A DNA stretch of 64,000 nucleotides, from assembly GCA_002719295.1 (NCBI GenBank), contig PBHC01000003.1, positions 4,300 to 68,299 of the forward strand, given 5' to 3'. This DNA is from Chloroflexota bacterium (lineage in GTDB: Bacteria > Chloroflexota > Dehalococcoidia > Lucifugimonadales > Lucifugimonadaceae). Positions 1 to 10,030 of this stretch are shown piece after piece (position 1 is the stretch's first letter; every line of letters starts with the position of its first letter). A program made the position numbers and the translations under genes. The notes under the pieces were generated by a model, which did not search any database, was not told the origin of the DNA, and saw nothing but the letters and a program-made list of their open reading frames with translations.

Positions 1-68
1 GAAATGGGAACAGCTCTGTTTTTTTCTTGGTATATAATATTAATTAGATCTTAGAATAAGGAAAAAAC

Positions 69-161
69 ATGTTTATTTTCAATATAATACTCTTGCCAGT
101 CAAAATAATTTTTATACTTCCTATAAAAATATTACTTAAGGCAATACTTCCAGGCAAATAA
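69..161 (+). CDS. 30-aa hydrophobic micro-protein (MFIFNIILLPVKIIFILPIKILLKAILPGK), not in ORF track
   Basis: AAGGA at 58-62, ATG 69, TAA 159-161; repeated LPxK motif. Confidence 0.55.
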   Translation: MFIFNIILLPVKIIFILPIKILLKAILPGK

Positions 162-172
162 TAAAAAAACTT

Positions 173-472
173 TTGATAAGCAAAGATGACATTAGAATAC
201 CGATTGTTTTTGTAATTGTAGGTTTGATCTCTTTAATGATTTTTCATGCTTGGTTTTCTTCTTTTATAGGAGAAGACGAATGGAAAAAACCAACTCCTAT
301 TCCAGAAAGTCTTGAAAATCTATACATTTGGCCAAAAGGAGTGAACTATCTTGGCACTCCCGAAGCTGAATCAATTGATCCTTTTAGACAAAAAGTAATA
401 GATAATTACAAAAAATACATGGAAAAAAGAAGAAATGCATACGAAGAGTGGAAATTAAAAAATGGGTATTAA
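173..472 (+). CDS. hypothetical protein with N-terminal transmembrane helix
   Basis: 99-aa ORF, TTG start, hydrophobic IPIVFVIVGLISLMIFHAWF. Confidence 0.6.
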   Translation: MISKDDIRIPIVFVIVGLISLMIFHAWFSSFIGEDEWKKPTPIPESLENLYIWPKGVNYLGTPEAESIDPFRQKVIDNYKKYMEKRRNAYEEWKLKNGY

Positions 473-533
473 AAAAGTAGAGTTAATTAACTTGAAATTC
501 TAAAGAAAAGTTAATAAAAGGGAAAAAATACTT

Positions 534-1091
534 ATGAAATATCAACAGTATCATCCAAATAAAGATTTTCTAAAAGCCTATGGTAATAGATATTATAAAG
601 TCACTGATAAAAATAAAGATTATCGAAGTGAATTTGATAGTGGTGACTGTGTTGTTAGAGCTATAACTAAAGCTTTAGATATGGATTATTTAGATGTTGC
701 TAAAGAAGTTGCTATTTATAACAATAAAGATATTAAAAAGATATTGAACGGAAATGTGGTTCCTTATCAATGGTTAAAGGAATTAGGCTTTTATTACTTC
801 TATAATTCAAAGTCTAAAAAATCAAAGTTTTTTTCTAATAAAATTGGTAGAAAAAACTCTTTTAAATCAGATTTGCTGTTCACGAGTACTAGCAATACAA
901 AAATGAAGCATATTTATAAAGAATTTCTTAACAAAATGTTGGGTGACTTTATTGAAGAGTTTGGAAAAAGAGATAAATTAACCATTATCTGGAACTTTTC
1001 TAGATCTCATGTCGCTACATCAATTGACGACACATTATATGATTCTTGGGACTCAAGGAATAAAGGGATTAATGGATTTTGGGTTAGATAA
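534..1091 (+). CDS. phage-type hypothetical protein, probable papain-like Cys-His-Asp fold
   Basis: GDCVVRAI and HVATSIDDTLYDSWDS motifs. Confidence 0.6.
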   Translation: MKYQQYHPNKDFLKAYGNRYYKVTDKNKDYRSEFDSGDCVVRAITKALDMDYLDVAKEVAIYNNKDIKKILNGNVVPYQWLKELGFYYFYNSKSKKSKFFSNKIGRKNSFKSDLLFTSTSNTKMKHIYKEFLNKMLGDFIEEFGKRDKLTIIWNFSRSHVATSIDDTLYDSWDSRNKGINGFWVR

Positions 1092-1096
1092 TTCAA

Positions 1097-1288
1097 TTAA
1101 TTAAAATTTACTTTTCTGTGTTCCAATTCTACTTCTATATCCTTTTTTTCTGAATCTGAGTAAGAGCTCCATCTAGATATTTCATCATATGACCGATAGC
1201 ATCCAACGCAATAGATAATTTCTTCTTTATCAAGTTTGGTAGATGTGTATCGGCAAATGTTTATACACGGAGAGTAATCATTAGTCAT
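1097..1288 (-). CDS. DUF1289-family small Cys protein
   Basis: SPCINIC...CVGCYRSYDEISRW signature. Confidence 0.8.
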   Translation of the reverse strand: MTNDYSPCINICRYTSTKLDKEEIIYCVGCYRSYDEISRWSSYSDSEKKDIEVELEHRKVNFN

Positions 1289-1375
1289 AAAAAAATTCTA
1301 AATCATTAATAATTAATATATAAATATAATTAATTATTGACATTTATATCTAACTTAATTTAAATATTTATATAG

Positions 1376-1501
1376 ATGAAAAATATCAATAAAACTGAAA
1401 CTTTGAACTTATGTGAAATCTGTGATTCAGAAACCCTTAAACTTCATTGTAAAATTATTTGCCATAATTGCGGATTTATAAGGGATTGCTCTGATCCATA
1501 A
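1376..1501 (+). CDS. 41-aa zinc-ribbon micro-protein, not in ORF track
   Basis: MKNINKTETLNLCEICDSETLKLHCKIICHNCGFIRDCSDP; CxxC and CxxCG knuckles; stop abuts the stop of the convergent gene at 1502. Confidence 0.75.
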   Translation: MKNINKTETLNLCEICDSETLKLHCKIICHNCGFIRDCSDP

Positions 1502-1792
1502 TCAAATTATTTCAGATATAGGATATTCTCCATCAGTCCATTTAGGTTCTTCAGCAAGATGTTCCATCATTTTTTGAAAAGATTCGTTTTGTTCTGGTCG
1601 ATTAGCATTATTAACATGATCTTCTTTTGACCTAAATATAGCTACCCCAATCCAGTCTTTGCTTTTATCATCAGGAGTCATTAAAAACCACGCAACCATT
1701 CCTTTTGGGTTTTCTTCTTGTGAGTTCATTTCATCTAAGAGTGCTTTTTCATGACCTTCTTTGACTTTTAAATTAAAAATAGTGCCGTACAT
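1502..1792 (-). CDS. ABM-like (dimeric alpha/beta barrel) small protein
   Basis: 96 aa, MYGTIFNLKVKEG start typical of the ABM fold; AAAGGA RBS. Confidence 0.6.
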   Translation of the reverse strand: MYGTIFNLKVKEGHEKALLDEMNSQEENPKGMVAWFLMTPDDKSKDWIGVAIFRSKEDHVNNANRPEQNESFQKMMEHLAEEPKWTDGEYPISEII

Positions 1793-1857
1793 TATTCATC
1801 CTTTTTGAGTTAAGATTAATATTTATAATACATTTTCAAGAAAGAATTAATAAGTAT

Positions 1858-2253
1858 ATGAAAAAGATAATAATAACAAAAAAAAATAATTTAGAAGAAG
1901 AAATAAACTCAGGTGCAATGATAAGAATGGCTGGTGTTTCTAAAGCACTAAGTAAAGCTGAAAAGATACATATGGCAATTGCTAATATACCTAAAGATAG
2001 GTGCTCTACCACCCATTTTCACACAAATTGCGAATCTGCAATTTATGTTTTATCAGGCAAAGGGCTTTTTTTACATGGTGATAACTTGGAAATAGAAGAA
2101 GAGATCTCAGAAGGTGATTTTATTTTTGTTCCTGACGGAGCTCTTCATCAACCAGTAAATACAGGATCTGAAGACTTAAAACTTATTGTAGCGAGGAACA
2201 CTCCAGTAGAAATAGTAAAAGAAGCTCCAGATTTAGGCAGAAAAGACTGTTAG
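1858..2253 (+). CDS. cupin domain protein
   Basis: HFHTNCE...YVLSGKG and GDFIFVPDGALHQPVN cupin motifs. Confidence 0.85.
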   Translation: MKKIIITKKNNLEEEINSGAMIRMAGVSKALSKAEKIHMAIANIPKDRCSTTHFHTNCESAIYVLSGKGLFLHGDNLEIEEEISEGDFIFVPDGALHQPVNTGSEDLKLIVARNTPVEIVKEAPDLGRKDC

Positions 2254-2304
2254 ATCAAAGCTTTTTTTATACAATATAACAAAATACATAAACACAGAAT
2301 TAAA

Positions 2305-3798
2305 ATGAATAAAATATTACCAAACATATTAAACTCGGGGCAAGACGAAGATACAGCAATAACTATTCCTGATAATTGTAAAATAAATTATTTTGAACTT
2401 AAAAAGCTAGTAAATGAAACATCTGAAAAGCTCATAGATCATGGAGCTCAAAACGAAAAACCAATTGTAATAGTACTTAAAAATAATGCTGAATTTATAA
2501 TAACCTTTTTAGCTGTAACAAATACAAGTGCAATAGCTGCACCATTAAATTCTGGATTTACAGAAGAAGAGTTTAATTTTTACTTAGATGACATTAATCC
2601 TTCTATGGTTATTACTACAGAAGGAAATCTTGTAATCAAGCAAGCTAAATCAAAAAATATCGCAGTTTCAATTGTTTCATTTGAGAACGGAATGCTAAAA
2701 ATGGACTTTGATTCAAATAAAGTCAATAAAAAAGATACAAACAGACCAAATGAAAATAATTCTTGCCTTTTTCTTCATACTTCAGGAACAACAAGTAGGC
2801 CAAAAGGAGTTCCATTAAAGCATAAAAACTTATTAGAATCCCTTAAAAATATAGTTGATACTTATGACTTAAAAAATACAGATATTGCTATGGTTGTTAT
2901 GCCATTATTTCACGTTCATGGTCTCATAGGAGTAGCTCTATCTACTCTTTCAAGCGGAGGAGAAATCGTTATTCCTGAAAAATTCTCAGCTGGAGCATTT
3001 TGGGGATTGCAAAAAAAACATAATGCTACATGGTACTCTGCTGTTCCAACTATTCACCAAATTTTGTTAATAAGAGCAGAGGAAGATAATGCGCCTAAAA
3101 AATCTTTTAGATTTATAAGGTCGTGTTCAGCTGCATTAGCGCCTTCAGTGCTAGGAGATCTTGAAAAAAGATTTGGAGCTCCTGTATTAGAAGCCTACGG
3201 AATGACAGAGGCATCTCATCAAATGAGTTCCAATCCAATGCCGCCTGAAAAAAGAAAAGCAGGAAGTGTTGGAAAGCCAACTGGAGTAAAAATAAATATC
3301 ATGTCAATGGAAAATATTGGGCAAATGCTTGATAAAAACAAAGTAGGTGAAGTTGTAATTCAAGGAGAAAATGTAACAAGCGGATATCACAATAATGACG
3401 ATGCTAATAAAGAAGCCTATGTGGATGGATGGTTCAGAACAGGAGACCAGGGGTTTTTAGATGATGATGGCTATTTAAACTTAACCGGTAGAATAAAAGA
3501 ACTTATAAACAGAGGAGGAGAAAAAATTTCTCCATTGGAAGTTGATGCTGTTCTATTAAATCACCCAAGTGTAAATGAGGCCGTATGCTTTGCTTCACCA
3601 GATGAAAAATATGGAGAAGTAGTATATGCCGCTTTAGTAATAAACTCTGAAGTATCTGAAAAAGAAATTCAAGAATTTTGCTCAAAATCATTAACAAGTT
3701 TTAAAATTCCAGAAAAAATATTCTTTGCAGATGAGCTCCCTCGAACTGCTACAGGAAAAATACAAAGAAGAAATGTAGCAAAATTTTTTAAAAGCTAG
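2305..3798 (+). CDS. acyl-CoA synthetase, oxalate--CoA ligase-like (AAE3/Pcs60 type)
   Basis: HTSGTTSRPKG, RSCSAAL, YGMTEASHQM, RTGD, TATGKIQR motifs. Confidence 0.85.
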   Translation: MNKILPNILNSGQDEDTAITIPDNCKINYFELKKLVNETSEKLIDHGAQNEKPIVIVLKNNAEFIITFLAVTNTSAIAAPLNSGFTEEEFNFYLDDINPSMVITTEGNLVIKQAKSKNIAVSIVSFENGMLKMDFDSNKVNKKDTNRPNENNSCLFLHTSGTTSRPKGVPLKHKNLLESLKNIVDTYDLKNTDIAMVVMPLFHVHGLIGVALSTLSSGGEIVIPEKFSAGAFWGLQKKHNATWYSAVPTIHQILLIRAEEDNAPKKSFRFIRSCSAALAPSVLGDLEKRFGAPVLEAYGMTEASHQMSSNPMPPEKRKAGSVGKPTGVKINIMSMENIGQMLDKNKVGEVVIQGENVTSGYHNNDDANKEAYVDGWFRTGDQGFLDDDGYLNLTGRIKELINRGGEKISPLEVDAVLLNHPSVNEAVCFASPDEKYGEVVYAALVINSEVSEKEIQEFCSKSLTSFKIPEKIFFADELPRTATGKIQRRNVAKFFKS

Positions 3799-3834
3799 CT
3801 AATCTGATCAAAAATCTAATTCAGGAGTAAAAAT

Positions 3835-4581
3835 ATGAATATCAATATGAAGGGTAAAAAAGTCATTGTAACTGGAGGGTCAACAGGTATAGGAAGAGAA
3901 GTAGTCAAAATTTTTGCTGAAAATCAAGCAAAAGTTGCTATTTTTGATGTTAATAACGAAGAAGGAATGAAATTAACAAATGAGCTAAATAAAAAAAATC
4001 TAGATATAAGATACTGGAATGTAGACGTAAGAGATTCAAATCAGGTTTCAGGAGGAGTTTTAGCTGCTACACAATGGCTAGAAGGAATAGACATCCTTAT
4101 AAATTTAGCAGGTGTCTTACAAGGAGCATCCTTAGAAATAGATGAATTCCCTGATGAAACCTGGGAGTCTGTCATAAGTATCAACCTTACAGGAAGCTAC
4201 TTAATGAGTAAGCATGTTGCTTCTATCATGCAAAAACAAAAAAGTGGCACAATAATTCTAACCAGTTCAGGAGCAGGAGTTTTGGGAAGCTCTTCTTCAT
4301 TTGCATACGGATCTTCCAAAGGAGGGGTCCATGGACTATCACTAGTATTAGAAGATAAATTATCAAAATACGGCATAAGAGTCCACGATATACTTCCTGG
4401 GTCTGTAGATACACCTCTAAAAAATGCTCAAATAGAAACTACTAGAGACATAACAGGAAACGAGAAGGATTATAGCGATATAAAAAAAGTTTTAGCCAGC
4501 CCCAAAGGTGTAGCTAATATTATATATTTTATGTCTTCAGATGAAGCATCACTGTTAAGAGGATCAATACGAACAGCATGA
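3835..4581 (+). CDS. SDR family oxidoreductase
   Basis: TGGSTGIG, NLAG, YGSSK. Confidence 0.9.
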   Translation: MNINMKGKKVIVTGGSTGIGREVVKIFAENQAKVAIFDVNNEEGMKLTNELNKKNLDIRYWNVDVRDSNQVSGGVLAATQWLEGIDILINLAGVLQGASLEIDEFPDETWESVISINLTGSYLMSKHVASIMQKQKSGTIILTSSGAGVLGSSSSFAYGSSKGGVHGLSLVLEDKLSKYGIRVHDILPGSVDTPLKNAQIETTRDITGNEKDYSDIKKVLASPKGVANIIYFMSSDEASLLRGSIRTA

Positions 4582-5252
4582 GCATTAAATTATCTGAATT
4601 TAAGGGTATTGCATTTGACCTTGATGATACATTAATTGATAGAAAAAAAGCATTTGATAAATTGTGCTTACGTTTTACTAATGACTTCAAGTGTTTCAGT
4701 GAGCTTTCAAAAGAAGAGGCCTTAGATTACTTTTGGAGTCTTAATTCTAATAATGATTTTGATATCGATTTCGTACTAAAAGAAATAAAGAAAAAATATC
4801 CAGATTTTACACTGAGCTATCAAGAATTTTACGATTATTATTACAAAAATATGTCAGAATTGGTTGAACCTTATGAAGGGGCAAGTGAATTTCTGGATAG
4901 ATGTATAGAAAAAAAATTGAATTTTGGTATAGTAACCAACGGAAGTCATTATCAATATGAAAAAATTAAAAAAACTGGTCTGGAAAATAAGTATAATTTT
5001 GTGATAGCATCTGAAATTTTTGGACACTCCAAACCCAAGAAGGAAATTTTCATAGAAACTGTTAGACAACTAAATTTAACATTAAAAGAAGTTGAAAATG
5101 TAGTATTTATAGGCGACAATCCTTATACAGATATAATTGGAGCACAATCAATCGGAATGATTACAGTTTGGATAAGTATGGGGAGAGAATATCCTAAAAA
5201 TCTTAAACCTCCAGATTATATAATAAAAAATTTTAAAGAATTAGAGATTTAG
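4578..5252 (+). CDS. HAD-superfamily hydrolase
   Basis: FDLDDTL, TNG, KP, IGDNPYTDI. Confidence 0.9.
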   Translation: MSIKLSEFKGIAFDLDDTLIDRKKAFDKLCLRFTNDFKCFSELSKEEALDYFWSLNSNNDFDIDFVLKEIKKKYPDFTLSYQEFYDYYYKNMSELVEPYEGASEFLDRCIEKKLNFGIVTNGSHYQYEKIKKTGLENKYNFVIASEIFGHSKPKKEIFIETVRQLNLTLKEVENVVFIGDNPYTDIIGAQSIGMITVWISMGREYPKNLKPPDYIIKNFKELEI

Positions 5253-5264
5253 AAAGTTGAAATT

Positions 5265-6065
5265 ATGAAACCTCAAGATTTAAAAAACAAACTTAAAAGT
5301 GGCGGCAAAGTATTTGGAACTATGATTAATTTTATTGAAGGAGTAAGATGGGCCGGTGCGTTTTCTTCTAAAGCATTAGATTATGTAATAATTGACGCAG
5401 AGCATGGATCATACTCTAGAGGAGAAATAGCAAGTATGGTGTCTGCTGGACAAGGTATTGGTCTAACTGTGATTGTTAGGGTGGCTGACCCAGATCCTAC
5501 TCTTGTAGCTATAGCATTAGACGCTAAAGCTGATGGGGTTTTAGTACCATATTGTGAAGATGCTGAAACAATACAAAGATGCGCTTGGAAGACATATTTA
5601 CATCCTCTTAAAGGCAAGGCATTTGAAGATGTTTTAAATTCAGAGTCTTATCCAAGTGAAAAAACTAAAGACTATCTTCATAAAAAAAATGGTCATAAAA
5701 TTTTTGTAGTTGGAATAGAGAGTATTACTGCTGTGAATAACTTGGATAACTTAATTAGCAAAGGCCCTATTGATGGAGTGTTTGTTGGTCCAAATGATCT
5801 TTCTACATCTATGGGCATTCCTGATGAGTTAGAGAACAAAGAATACATTGATGCTCTAACAAAAATTATCAACATATCAGAATCTCATAATATACCTGTC
5901 ATGGTTCACGGATTTACTGAAGAAAGAACTCTTAAAACTATGGAACTTGGAGCAAGATTTGTACTTCATAGCTCAGATGGAGGTATGATAACTCAGTCTA
6001 TAGATAGAGAATTTAATTCTATTAGAGATGAAAAAGTAGAAAATACTGAAAGCGAAGCAATATAA
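5265..6065 (+). CDS. HpcH/HpaI aldolase family protein
   Basis: IDAEHG, VRV, IES, FVGPNDLS. Confidence 0.85.
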   Translation: MKPQDLKNKLKSGGKVFGTMINFIEGVRWAGAFSSKALDYVIIDAEHGSYSRGEIASMVSAGQGIGLTVIVRVADPDPTLVAIALDAKADGVLVPYCEDAETIQRCAWKTYLHPLKGKAFEDVLNSESYPSEKTKDYLHKKNGHKIFVVGIESITAVNNLDNLISKGPIDGVFVGPNDLSTSMGIPDELENKEYIDALTKIINISESHNIPVMVHGFTEERTLKTMELGARFVLHSSDGGMITQSIDREFNSIRDEKVENTESEAI

Positions 6066-6066
6066 A

Positions 6067-6807
6067 CTAGTTTAGTTCAAATTTTGCAAAAGCCTCAGCA
6101 TAAGAAACGTTACAGATTTTTCCCAAATCTTCTCTTCTTTTTGTCATATACTCTCTAGCTCTTTCAGGGTCAGGAATTTGGCTAGTGTGTGCTTGTAAAG
6201 CTTTGATTGCTGTATCCAAATCAACTTTTTCTATTGGATTAAAAAACCAATTTTTATTGTTGCCTGAATCCATATTAAACATATTCACCCAAACTTGTCT
6301 TACCTTATGTGGCTCAAGGCCTTCATCTAGCAGCTCAGGAAAGGTCAAGTGATCTCTTGCGCTTGGGAATACTGCAGATAAAGCTGCTTCTCCAGCTGCA
6401 AAGTGGTCAGGATGGCCTAAATATGAAGAGTTAAGTAAATCTCTATTGGGGTTAGTCGTAATTAAAACAGAAGGCTTGTGCTTTCTTATTTCTCTGGAAA
6501 TATCTCTTCTAACATCTAATGAAGGCTCTAAGTATCCATCTGGATATCCTAAAAATTCTATTGCTTTTAACCCTAAGATTTTACCTGCATCCCTTTGTTC
6601 TTTTTCACGAATGTTGGCCAATTCCTTGCTAGTAATTGATCTGTCTTCTGTTCCCTTTGAACCATCAGTACATAACACATATACTACCTCCCATCCTAGC
6701 CTTGTCCATTTAGCCACTGAAGCAGAACATCCCCATTCAGCATCATCAGGATGTGCAGTTACTACCATTGCCGTTTTATCAAGATTTTCGCTCAAATCAA
6801 CCTCCAT
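6067..6807 (-). CDS. PIG-L family deacetylase (start moved to ATG 6807)
   Basis: AHPDDAE, TDGSKG, HPDH, AHTSQ. Confidence 0.85.
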   Translation of the reverse strand: MEVDLSENLDKTAMVVTAHPDDAEWGCSASVAKWTRLGWEVVYVLCTDGSKGTEDRSITSKELANIREKEQRDAGKILGLKAIEFLGYPDGYLEPSLDVRRDISREIRKHKPSVLITTNPNRDLLNSSYLGHPDHFAAGEAALSAVFPSARDHLTFPELLDEGLEPHKVRQVWVNMFNMDSGNNKNWFFNPIEKVDLDTAIKALQAHTSQIPDPERAREYMTKRREDLGKICNVSYAEAFAKFELN

Positions 6808-6859
6808 AAATTTTCTTACAATATAATGATAATTAGATATAAAAATAAAAATAGGCAAA

Positions 6860-7537
6860 ATGGTATCATATTTAACTTTTGGAGATGGCCCTGATCTAAT
6901 TCTTGGGCATGGGATGGCTCAAAACAAAAATTTATGGATAGAAAATGGATGGACAGAAGAGCTTTCAAAAATTAGAAAAGTTCATGTATTTGATTTTTCT
7001 GGACATGGTGAAAATGCCAAATTAAAAAACAATAATTTTGAAGTAAAAGACATGGCTCAGAATATCAAAGATATCTCAATTGATATTGAATGTGAAAAGT
7101 TTGATTATATTGGATTTTCTATGGGTGCCAGAGCAGGTTTTGAAGCAGCTATAAAAAATCAAAAATTAGATAAAATGATTTCTTTAGGGATGCACCCTGG
7201 TTCGCCTAAATTAGAAGAAAAAAGATTTATTAAACGCTCAAGAGCAATGAAACAACTAGGAGAAAAAACTGGAGATCAAAAATATTTGATTTATAGTAAA
7301 ATTTTTGAAAAAGCATTACATTGGAAGGGCGCTATAGATTCTATAAATTGGAATAGAGACAAACACTTAATTATAATGGGAGAAAAAGACGATAATTACC
7401 AACTAACTAGATCATTAATAGATCACATAGATGTTGAAATTTTATATACACTAAAAGATATAAATCACAAAAATACATTTGAAGAACCAAAGCATTCATT
7501 GAATGCTATAATTAATTTTTTACAAGATGGGAGATAA
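6860..7537 (+). CDS. alpha/beta hydrolase
   Basis: HG oxyanion motif, GFSMG nucleophile elbow, GEKD, C-terminal His. Confidence 0.85.
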   Translation: MVSYLTFGDGPDLILGHGMAQNKNLWIENGWTEELSKIRKVHVFDFSGHGENAKLKNNNFEVKDMAQNIKDISIDIECEKFDYIGFSMGARAGFEAAIKNQKLDKMISLGMHPGSPKLEEKRFIKRSRAMKQLGEKTGDQKYLIYSKIFEKALHWKGAIDSINWNRDKHLIIMGEKDDNYQLTRSLIDHIDVEILYTLKDINHKNTFEEPKHSLNAIINFLQDGR

Positions 7538-7539
7538 AC

Positions 7540-8037
7540 ATTAAACCTAAAGTTTCAATAATAATGGGAAGCAAAAGTGACCTTGATACAATGAGGCTTG
7601 CCTCAGAAGTACTAAGAGAGCTTAATATTAGCCACGAGACAAAAATAGTTTCTGCCCACAGGACTCCTGATTTGATGTATGATTTTGCAAAAAATGCAAA
7701 GGAAAGAGGAGTACAAGTTATTATTGCTGGAGCAGGAGGAGCTGCGCACCTTCCTGGTATGGTTGCAGCATTAACTGAATTACCTGTTATTGGAGTACCA
7801 ATAAAATCCTCAAATCTTAATGGAATAGATTCATTGCTGTCAATAGTTCAAATGCCTAAAGGAGTTCCTGTAGCAACTGTTGCTATTGGAGATCATGGAG
7901 CAGAAAATGCAGCATTAATTGCTGCAAAAATTTTAGCATTAAACGATAAAAATATTGAAAAAAATCTAAAAGAAAAAATACTAAAAACTAGTCAAGATGT
8001 AAAAAAAGATAGTGACATAGGATCTTGGCCAAAATAA
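7540..8037 (+). CDS. purE: N5-CAIR mutase PurE (probable ATT start at 7540)
   Basis: [42 protein letters not shown] at 7529-7533. Confidence 0.95.
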   Translation: MKPKVSIIMGSKSDLDTMRLASEVLRELNISHETKIVSAHRTPDLMYDFAKNAKERGVQVIIAGAGGAAHLPGMVAALTELPVIGVPIKSSNLNGIDSLLSIVQMPKGVPVATVAIGDHGAENAALIAAKILALNDKNIEKNLKEKILKTSQDVKKDSDIGSWPK

Positions 8038-8043
8038 TTCATC

Positions 8044-9168
8044 ATGAAAAAAAATAGTATAGGGATACTTGGTGGAGGGCAACTTTGCCAAATGCTGGCA
8101 GAATATCTTATAAAAAACGGGAGTGAGGTATATTTTATAGACCCGTCGGCTAATCCTCCTGCTAAATTTACAAAAGCGGTCCATATTAATAAAAATTATG
8201 ATGATCTAAGCGCACTTGATGAGCTAATCAATAACTGTGATTTAGTAACTTATGAATTTGAAAATATACCTTTGGAATGCTTAGATTATCTAGAAGGCAA
8301 AATAAACATATTCCCTAGTAAACAAATTCTATCCATTTCTCAAAACAGATTAAATGAAAAAAATAATTTTATAAAATGTGAGATCAAAACTCCAGATTTT
8401 ATTAGTTTCAATAAAAAAAATAACTTAGAAAAAGAATTAGAAAAAGCAGGCATAGAACTCCCCGTAATTTTAAAAACTAACACCTTAGGCTATGATGGCA
8501 AAGGCCAATATCACATAAATAAAAAAGAAAAAATTGATGAAACTATTAATCTTCTAGATAAAAATATTGATTACATAGTAGAAAAAAAAATACAATTTCA
8601 AAAAGAGTTTTCTGTAATTATTGGCAGAACATCTAAAGGTGAAATTTATCACTTTGACCCTATAGAGAATATTCATAAGAATGGAATTTTAGATATATCC
8701 ATTTCTCCTCCACGAATTCAAAATAATACGAAGAAGGAAGCTATATCTTTGGCAAAAAAATTTGTCGAAAGAAATAATCTAATAGGAATAATAGCTATAG
8801 AGATGTTTTTAGATCTAAATGATCAAATATTATTTAATGAAATAGCCCCAAGACCACATAACTCAGGCCATTTGACGATAGAGTCTCATACTATTTCTCA
8901 GTTTGAAATGCTTGGAAGAATTTTGTCAAATAAAAAAATGGAACAGCCTAAATTAAAAAAAACATCCATAATGAAAAATATTTTAGGAGAATTTTTTATA
9001 ACAAAAGATCACAAAAAAATAATTGAAAAGATCTCTTCAAATCAAGACCATTTTGTAAAAATGTACAATAAAGATGAGGCTAAAATAGGAAGAAAAATGG
9101 GACACATAACTATATTTACAGAAGATATAGAAAATTCAATTGTTAAAATTAACGAATTAATCGATTAG
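8044..9168 (+). CDS. purK: N5-CAIR synthetase PurK
   Basis: GGGQL, TYEFEN, GYDGKGQ, NEIAPRPHNSGH, GRKMGH. Confidence 0.95.
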   Translation: MKKNSIGILGGGQLCQMLAEYLIKNGSEVYFIDPSANPPAKFTKAVHINKNYDDLSALDELINNCDLVTYEFENIPLECLDYLEGKINIFPSKQILSISQNRLNEKNNFIKCEIKTPDFISFNKKNNLEKELEKAGIELPVILKTNTLGYDGKGQYHINKKEKIDETINLLDKNIDYIVEKKIQFQKEFSVIIGRTSKGEIYHFDPIENIHKNGILDISISPPRIQNNTKKEAISLAKKFVERNNLIGIIAIEMFLDLNDQILFNEIAPRPHNSGHLTIESHTISQFEMLGRILSNKKMEQPKLKKTSIMKNILGEFFITKDHKKIIEKISSNQDHFVKMYNKDEAKIGRKMGHITIFTEDIENSIVKINELID

Positions 9169-9201
9169 AATATCTAAAAACTAAATAAATGAGGGGTAAT
9201 T

Positions 9202-10011
9202 ATGGAAAAAGAACTAAAGGGAAAAGTTGCAATAGTAACTGGTGCTGGAAGACTTAGAGGAATAGGTAGAGCGGCGGCAGTTGCACTGGCAAAACTAGGA
9301 GCAGATGTAGTGGTTACTGGAACAGGAAGAAAACCAGAAAATTACCCAGAGGATGAAAAAGCAGTTGGATGGAAAGATATAGAGAGCGTTGCGGAACTTA
9401 TAAGAGCAGAAGGAACCAGGGCCTTACCACTGGTTGCAGATGTTACAAATGAAGAAGATGTGAAAAAAATGATAGATCAAACTATCGAAGAATTCGGAAG
9501 AATAGATATATTGATAAATAATGCTGCTTATGCAAGAGCAGAAGATAGAGTTCCTATACTGGATTTAGATGAAAGTGTTTTTCAAAAAGTAGTGGACATA
9601 AAGTTAACAGGAACATTTTTATGCACAAAAGGTGCAGTTGAACATATGGTAAAACAAGGAGATGGAGGTAAAATCGTGAATATCTCCTCAACTGCTGGTA
9701 AAAAAGGATCTGCAAATTTTTTAGCTTACAACGCTGGTAATTTTGGCGTTGTTGGAATGACTCAATCATTAGCAAGAGAACTAGGCCCACACAACATAAA
9801 TGTAAATGCCGTATGCCCTGGTGCCGTTGATACATCTAGAATGGATGTTGTAAGGGACGATTGGGACAACATGGCGGCTGCAACTCCTATAGGGAGAAAT
9901 GGATCAGATAAAGAAGTTGGAGATTTTTGTGCTTACTTATGTACAGAAGCTGCTTCTTGGATTCATGGTCAATCCATCAATCAAAATGGTGGTTCTGTGA
10001 TGGAACACTAG
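9202..10011 (+). CDS. SDR family oxidoreductase (paralog 1)
   Basis: TGAGRLRGIG, INNAA, YNAGN. Confidence 0.9.
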   Translation: MEKELKGKVAIVTGAGRLRGIGRAAAVALAKLGADVVVTGTGRKPENYPEDEKAVGWKDIESVAELIRAEGTRALPLVADVTNEEDVKKMIDQTIEEFGRIDILINNAAYARAEDRVPILDLDESVFQKVVDIKLTGTFLCTKGAVEHMVKQGDGGKIVNISSTAGKKGSANFLAYNAGNFGVVGMTQSLARELGPHNINVNAVCPGAVDTSRMDVVRDDWDNMAAATPIGRNGSDKEVGDFCAYLCTEAASWIHGQSINQNGGSVMEH

Positions 10012-10030
10012 AAAAAGAAAGAGCAAGTTA

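Noticed and set aside
1..30. Possible terminator hairpin GGGAACAG-ct-CTGTTTTT
   Set aside because: Loop too short and the upstream context is cut off.
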